From NCBI RefSeq assembly GCF_009914755.1, contig NC_060927.1: a stretch of DNA of 64,000 nucleotides; one strand, written 5' to 3'. The DNA comes from the human T2T-CHM13v2.0 reference genome, Homo sapiens. This document shows positions 56,488 to 64,000 of the stretch, one piece after another (positions within the stretch are counted from its first letter, which is position 1; every line of letters begins with the position of its first letter). The notes below the pieces were generated by a model, which had not been told where the DNA came from, searched no databases, and saw only the letters and a list, made by a program, of their open reading frames with translations. A program made the position numbers and the translations under genes.

Positions 56488-59400
56488 AGTTCAACATAAG
56501 TGAGAGATCTAATGAGGAACTAGCCAATAAACAGAAGATGGAGTTACATCTGTGTATATCAGTGTGTGAGTAGTGTGGATACTTGTGAGGAGTTACTGAA
56601 GAAAATAATATAGAGGTAGAGGCTCTAGGTACCATCCACTACTCCAGTTCTGGTCAGAAGAAGAGTAGATAGCTGTTTCTGTAGAGTGAACTAAGAGCAG
56701 ATAGACAGGCATCCTGTTCCCAAGAATCTTTCAAAAATATGTATAAAGAGTAGTCTTAAACTTCACCATTAATGGTTTATTTAATTAGTTCAAATATTGA
56801 AAATGCCTTTTGGAGAGACAATGAGTTACATATTTATTTTCCTAACATATATGTGTTCATAATTTTCCCCACTTACAAGAGCAATTTCATAAAAAAATCT
56901 TGGATAGAGAGTGGAGGGAGGGGTGGAAAAGGGGAAGGAGAAAGAGCTAGAGAGGGAAGGGAATAAGAGGATAGGCAAGGGGAAGAGAGGAGACAGAAAG
57001 GAATGAGAAATAATGCAGAAAAGGCATACAGAGGCAAATGGAGAGCCCTGAGAAAGCCTGCCTAAATTTGCCAAGAACAGGTTCTGTCTCAAGGTAGTTT
57101 TCTCCTTTTCTCCTCTCCATATCCACGGTTTGTGTAGCCAGGGGATGGGGTTAAAATGCTTACAAAAAAGTACAGCAAGGCTCTCCTAATGTAGGGGCTC
57201 CTAGTGACCTGTACCTTAGCACAGTTGAATGCCACACATGCACACGGTTACACACCTGATGACATAGTGAATAAAATAACTAGATGTCTGTAAGCAAAAA
57301 TATAACAAATTCACAAAAAAAAGAAAAGGAGGGAAGGAAGAGAAAGAGTGAAGAGAGAGGGGGTAACAGCTACTTTGGCATTAAAGTTGGTTTGTGAGTA
57401 TTTTAAATAATTCAGCCTTTTAGCTTAAGGTATTCCACCCCCTCATTATTGCTTTTCAGGACTAGAAGACAGATCCAGGAGCAATTCAATCCAATTAGAA
57501 GGGAAAAGAGAGATTTTTTCTGGCAATTGCTATGCAAATGTGTGTGTCAGAAAATAGAAAAGGTGACACTAAGCAGCCACATTTGCTTGTTGACAACACA
57601 ATTTCTCTTTACGTTCTGTGTTTCAAAGCATTTTAAAAGAAACCTTAACCTAATAGAAAGAGGTTCTAGGTAGTCCTCCCAAGGTTAGTGCCAGCTTTCA
57701 GCATTCCCTCCAGAAGTACAAACTGGGCCAGGTAAAACTGCCTGGGGCCGCCTCCCCCGTCAACATCCTATTCAATAGTCATATTCATGTTTTCAGTAAT
57801 AGGAATTGCTGGTGTGTGACACTTTTTGAAACTTTTGGTATCGTGGGCTTATAAAACATTTCAATGGGTAATAGTGTCAGACAGTGGTAATGAATCTTAG
57901 TGGAGAAAACTGTTTCTGAATTGGAGCATCGCTTAAAGGTATTTCAATTTAGTGTCTGCTCATTAAAAGTTGTACTTGGGCTTCCATTCCTTATCTATAG
58001 TTTTAAAAATAATCATGTTACAAAAGCCTGAACAATTAGATTTTCAGTGTTATGACCCCATACCCTGACCCCATCTAAACTTTTTCTCAGCCCATTGTGT
58101 GGGAATGAGGAGTGGTGAGGGAAGAGTAGGAAGATTGGAAAAGCAGAGAACTCAGAATGTTATAGATGGAGGGAAACTTGGATGGAGATTGGCATCTCTG
58201 GAGCAAAACTCTGAGGCCAAGAAGCCCAGAGAGATTAGGAAATTATCAAAAATATTTCAGCTAATTATTTGCAGACAGGAATACAAGGTCATATGTTTTA
58301 ATCCTACTTAGCTCCAGGGCAAATATATTCTTTCAGTCCTGGTTTCCTCCTGCGAAACTAGTCTCTCAGAAGCAAGCAAAAGAATTTTTGTACATTCATG
58401 GATAAAATGGAATATTGCAAGTACAACAGAGCATCTGGATTTCTATAAACACTAAAACTGGAGTAAGGCCAACAGATAACTAAATGAAAAAAAAAATCCT
58501 GAGTGCTTACTATGAGCCTGGCAAAGTTTTAGAGATGTGACTCATAGTCAAGCAGGAGATACAGATGTAGATGTGAAAAAATTGAAAAATGTAGAGTACT
58601 GCAAGATGAAAAATAGCTTGGAGACTTTGCCTATTAAAGAATAGCCACTAGAAGTAGGTATTGAAGGTTCTCATGAATTGAACTAAGAAACACATTTTTT
58701 AAAAAATGTACAACCAGTTTGGTGGGTTTTTAAGGACTGCTAGCCATTCCTTTATTTTCAGTATTAGACTGAAAACAAAAGTGTAGCTACTTTAATATCC
58801 TTTTCCTCTTCCGTGCATAGAAAATGTGGTTATATAATCTCAACTGCAGTGATGCTGTGACCTATTTAATGGAAACTACATGCATAAGTGATTTCTCTGA
58901 GTCTTTTTTCACTTCAACCTTGCATGGACATTTAGCAAGAAATATTTATAGAATATACTGTATAGCTCTTTGGTTTATCAAGTAAATACATTTTGTATTC
59001 TACAAATATGTTTATAATATGGGCAAAAAACTGATTAATTCAGCCACCTCTTTCTGCTTCTTTTAGTTATCCTGTGAAATTTTTATTAGTGCAAAACTTT
59101 TGGTGACCAAGACTTCAAATACTTCTGGTTAAATCAATGTAAAAGGAAGGAAAATTGTACAGACCTCTGTAGCTGACAATCCTGTTGCAGTGGAATCAAT
59201 CCTGGGATGTGAGCCCAAAATTTCTTTACAACAGAGCCAGGATACATAAGCAGTTCAATTGAGCAGTGAGCAGAAATGAAAAATGCTAGTGTGGGAGGTT
59301 TTTTTTTTTATCAAGTACAGGTGATTTCAGTCTGGGCTTTTAGCTAGCATTTAGGGTCTACACAAGCAAAAAAAAAAATTCTGTATATGCACAGTCTACT

Positions 59401-59914
59401 TTCATGGATACAGTTATTGCAGAGCCTACATTTGATAAAATTTAGCTCTCAAGTAAACAAGAATAATTTGACAAAACTTAAAAAAAAGGTTGATTAATAT
59501 ATTTCTATAGTGATATTTATACCTACATCTATATCATCTCATTATTGAGCCTTTTAAATAGTAAGTCATAGCTTCTATATAGGGTGGTCCACAGGAAAAA
59601 AACTTTGGCATTTGGGATAAATTAGAAATTATTTTTAATTTCAAAAAATATTTGTTAGAAATTTTGTTAACATTTTATTTCATTGTTTATTCTGTACCTA
59701 TGCTAAAAGTAAGTAAATAGCCTGTAAGCATTTTTAAAAGTTTATGTAAATATTTTTATTATTATATCACATGTGTATTTCTAATTTTTAGGTAATTGGT
59801 TTTTTAAGTGAGAATGTGGTACATACATATGTGGGTATGAATGATTTCAGAACCAGTTAACATAAAACATGACAACTTAATCAACTAAGGGGATACTTTT
59901 TGTAGACAAATGAG

Positions 59915-60062
59915 TCTCACACTTTCATGTGTATATGAATTCCCTAGGGATCATACCAATATGCTGATTCAGATTCAGTAGGTCTAGGGACAGGCCTGAG
60001 CTTCTGCATTTCTATAAGCTATCAAGTGATGCTGCTCCTGCTGGTAGTTACACATTTGGGAG
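59915..60062. mobile_element. MER5A DNA transposon
   Basis: gattcagtaggtctaggg..ggcctgag..tctgcatttct..aagtgatgctg. Confidence 0.75.
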
Positions 60063-60069
60063 AGATCTT

Positions 60070-60483
60070 AGCTAACAAGAGGTCAAGGCTCTGGCTTTGA
60101 TTTGCTCGCTCCACCATGTCAGAATCAGAGTCTCTGTGATTCTTTTGCTCTTTCTAAGTGGCTACAAGATGTTTACTCCAGCTCTAGCCATCGATCTGCA
60201 TTTATGGCAGGAAGAGAGGAGAAAGAGTAAGGTCAGTGCCATGCAATCTATCTCTAAATGACTTTCTTTCTTTCTTTAAAAAAAAAAAAAAAAAGAAATG
60301 AATTACCTGCCCTGCTTGTTCTTAGGGGGACTAGGAAATCAGGAGACAGGATTGTCATGACTGGTGTAGATCATTTAAGATCCTCACTTTAGGCTAGGCA
60401 CATTGCTGTCCTGAAGAAAACCAAGGAGTCCTTTTAGGAAGGAGTGAATGGGTATTAGACAGCAATTAGCAATACCCACCACA
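60070..60483 (-). mobile_element. Old MLT1 (K/L-like) LTR
   Basis: caagatgtttactccagctctagcca; ggattgtcatgactgg; terminus caattagcaatacccaccaca. Confidence 0.55.
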
Positions 60484-60490
60484 ATGAACA

Positions 60491-61194
60491 TGAAAACGCC
60501 TTTGCAAAAATCATAACTGAGAAAATTATACAGTAAAAGATATTAGACCTACCTGACCCCATCTTGCTTCTAACCTCTAAACTGTCCTTGTTCATTCCTG
60601 GGCATAGGCCAAACTAGCTTTGGTAAGAAATTTAGTGCATATTTTAAATAATAGCCCTTCCCAAAAGGCTAAACTGTTCTTAGAAAACAAATGGAAGGCC
60701 ACCAGGCATCAAGTCAAGAGGAGCTGGAATTCTAGATATTACCTGCCATTATTCTGGAGGTTATAAGACTTGCAACTTCCCCAATTACTCTTGAAGGTAA
60801 CATCACTATTGTGAACCTAAGATCAGCCTTTTGAAATGTCTTTTCAAATTTTTGCATTTCTAACAACCAGATAGCCCCACCTGGACCTGCCAACCAGTTT
60901 TGTGGCCCCCACCCAGAAACTGATTCAGCATAAGAGAACAGCTTTGACCCCCTATGATTTCATCCCCCAGCCAACCAATCAGCACTCCTGATTCATTGGC
61001 TCCCTACCCACCAAATTATCCTTAGAAACTCTGATCCTCAAGTTTTTGAGGAGATTGATTTGAGTAATAATAAAACTCAGGTCTCCCACACAGCTGGCTC
61101 TGCGTGAATTACTCTTTCCTCGTCGCAATTCAACTGTCTTGAAAAATCAGCTCTGTCTAGGGAGTGGGCAAGATGAACCCATTGGGCAGTTACA
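60491..61194 (+). mobile_element. LTR8-family LTR (LTR8A-like)
   Basis: tgaaaacgcctttgcaaaaat...gaacccattgggcagttaca; paralogous to 55775-56487. Confidence 0.88.
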
Positions 61195-62001
61195 CGCTCA
61201 TAATTTCTAGGTGTGTTCCTCCAGAAATTTGTCTGTAAACCTACAAATAAATGTATATGTATACTTTTTTCTTTTAAAACTCAATAGATTTCAAAATAAC
61301 ATTTTTAAAATGATGCAAGGTATGATTTTCCCCTTGAATAAACTCAGGTTTGCTGTTTTAACAGGAAGTCTATTGATATTTTGGGGACTTCAACTCAATC
61401 TTTATTCAAAGATACATCTTTCCTTTCCCAAGTTAAGCTGCAGCCAGTGGTTTTCTGTCTTTCAGAAAGAAGTGTGGTGATTTTTGCTTTCTCTCCCCAC
61501 ACAATGCCTCCCCTACTTGATAACTATTGTTTTGTGCTTTGACAGCATCTAAGATGGGGAAAGTTGATAAGAGAGAGAAGACAGGACAACTATTGGCTAT
61601 GTGCACTTTAGTTTAGCAAATGGTAAAAGACGATTCTTGGGGCACATTTCGTGAGTTCCCATTGCTGCACTGCTTTCCTGCAATTCTCTTGACCTGGTCA
61701 GATGCCTCTATTTTAGCTGGCTGATTGCAACACCTTTTTCTGGAATCTGGCTTTCACTTCCATGTACTTACTACATGGTCTCACCATTCCTCTAGGTTGT
61801 TCTGTTGGACTATAGATAAGATCAAGTCATACTTAGACTTTCTATAGGCAATGCTTACCATAGAAAACATCCAGATGTAACTTGCTTCTTAGAAACTTGA
61901 AAGAATCAGGCAAAGTATATATTTACTTATTTTCTGCAGCTACAGGCAACATAAATTTTCTCAGATGTGATTAATGCTCTAACTATAAACTCTCCAAGTG
62001 T

Positions 62002-62713
62002 TGAAACTGCCTTTGCAAAGTTATGACTGAGACAGTGAAGGAGATCTAACTTAACCGACTCCATCTTACTTCTAACCTCCAAGCTGTCCTTGTTCCCTTC
62101 TGGGCGTAGGCTGAACTAGCTTTGGGAGAAACTTAGTTTATAGTTCATAGTTTATAGTTTAAACAAAGATGATAACAGCCCTTTCCCAAAGCAGACCTCC
62201 TTCTTGCCTGGGGACTAGATTGTGTTTGTAGGACTAACATTAGCCACAAGATTAGAAATTATGGTTTAGGAGTCATGCAGCTGGAAGCTACAAGATTCTA
62301 ACCCTCCCTAAACTGCTTCTAAGATCAGTGCTTGAGATATTTTGCAGACCCTGCACTTGATGGATCAGCTGGCACCACCCAGATCAATAAACTGGCCCAT
62401 CTGAACTTGTGGCCCCCAACCTAGGAGCTGACTCAGTGCAAGAAGACAGCTTCGACTCTCTGTGATTTCATCTCTGACCAGTCAGCACTCCTGGCTCACT
62501 GGCTTCCCCCAACCCACCAAGTTATCCTTAAAAACTCTGTTCCCCAAATGGTCAGGGAGACTGATTTGAGTAATAATAAAATTCTGGTCTAAAACTCTGT
62601 TCTCCCGCACAGCCAGCTCTGCGTGAATTACTCTTTCTCTGTTGCATTTTCCCTGTCTTGATGAGTTGGCTCTGTCTAATCAGTGGGCAACGTGAACCCC
62701 TTGGGCGGTTATA
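62002..62713 (+). mobile_element. LTR8 solo LTR
   Basis: tgaaactgcctttgcaaa...ttgggcggttata; perfect TSD GTGT (61998-62001 / 62714-62717). Confidence 0.9.
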
Positions 62714-63009
62714 GTGTTCCCAAAACTCTTCATATCCCAGGCTTGAAGTGAAGCAGAAAGTGTTCCATCTTCTCCACCAAAAGATGTAGCGGGCACATGT
62801 AAGTGGCAAACATTTCCTTTCAAAAATTCTCTAGCAAATCTTTTAAGTTTCTGATCACTTCTTATATCTTACCTGAACGAGAGTGCAAGAATCATAAAAG
62901 CAGTTCTAGACCATTTGCATTACAAATGTTGCACATGGGAAGCTGTCTACTTCTTCAATATTAAACTATTGTATTGGCGTCTCAATTTTACCTTCCCTTT
63001 ATTGATCCA

Positions 63010-64000
63010 AAGGGCATACTCCATTTCCAGTGTTCTTCATTCTTTTGCATACATCCATATTTCAATTTGATATCATTTTCTTTTAAATAATTTTCTTTAA
63101 CATTAGTTGTAGTGCAAATCTGTTGGTGATGAATTCTTTCTACAATTTTATGTCCGAAATGGCAATTATTTCTCCTTCATTTTTGAAAAATAATTTGACC
63201 TTGAGTAGAATTCTAAGATGATAGATTTTTCTTTCAGTATTTTATATGTTCTGTTCCACTGTGTTTTGGATATGTTGCTTCAAATGGGAAATATACTATT
63301 ATTCTTTGTTCATCTGCACAAAATATAAGCTTTTAATTTTTTCTCTGTCACATTTCAAGCAATTTGCTTATAGTACTCTTGTTTCAAGTACTAGGGATTT
63401 GTTGACATTTTTGGATCAGTGGGTTTATAGCTTTCATAAAATAAGGAAAAATTTCGGCTATTATTTCTTCAAATACTTTTTTGTCTCTCACCTTTCTCTC
63501 TTGGACACTCCAATTACATATTTAGTAGACTGCCTGAAATTGCCTCACAGCTCACTGTTGTTCTTTTCGTTTTACTTTCTGTATTTCTTTTTTTCTATCT
63601 ATGTTTTATTTTGAATACTTTCTATTGCTTTGTTTTTAGGTTAACTAATCTTCTTATCTGTAGTGTCTAATCTGCTGCTAATACCGACCAATAAATTTTT
63701 TATTTCAAATATTGTAGTTTTTATTATTAGAAATTTGATTTGGCTGTATATCTCTACCTAACATGTTTATTCTTCCTTCTGTCTCTTAGAACATATGCAA
63801 TATAGTTATAATAGCTGTTTAATAACTAGATGAATGTCTACACACTTTGTTATTTGTGTAATTTCTGGGTGTGTTTCTATTAACTAATTTTTTTCTTCTG
63901 ATTACGGGTTATCAATCCATAACAAGCAATTATAGGGCTCACTTTATTTTTTTCTCTCTCTCAGGAATCACAGTTATGTACTACCTGGTGTCTAATATCT
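63010..64000 (-). mobile_element. Old L1M fragment (ORF1 region)
   Basis: ctgttggtgatgaattctttc, aaatttcggctattatttcttcaaata, gtgtctaatctgctgctaatacc. Confidence 0.7.

Noticed and set aside
56905-57010. Purine-rich tract (possible triplex or G4)
   Set aside because: Ordinary GA-rich low complexity without mirror symmetry or a clean G4 pattern.
55775-61194. First two LTR8 copies as the ends of one provirus
   Set aside because: No PBS after the first, no retroviral internal sequence, older MER5A and MLT1 elements lie between them, and outer flanks (aaac / cgct) do not match.

Overview
AT-rich, CpG-poor primate (very likely human) genomic DNA dominated by decayed interspersed repeats. I can support no host protein-coding exon, RNA gene or CpG island. 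The first ~20.8 kb is one nested transposon stack: an old L1MC-type LINE (+) contains a full MLT1A MaLR (itself hit by a MER50-like LTR and an Alu fragment) and a MER2 DNA transposon. MER2 is split by a full-length L1PB (-), whose 5'UTR is split by an ~8.1 kb class I provirus (HERV30/LTR30-like, HERV-W/HERV9 group; Arg PBS, pre-gag ORF, defective gag-pro-pol, syncytin-like env remnant, truncated 3' LTR). The rest holds Alus, MIR/L2 remnants, a MER21 LTR split by an L1PA15/16, a full MST MaLR, an ERV1 solo LTR and three co-oriented LTR8-family LTRs. I found no evidence of a new functional biological system. The most unusual signal is a recurring set of locally templated insertions, fold-backs and junction microduplications (fossil repair or template-switch scars). 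All family names come from recalled consensus sequences, not a database search, and boundaries of old repeats are approximate.
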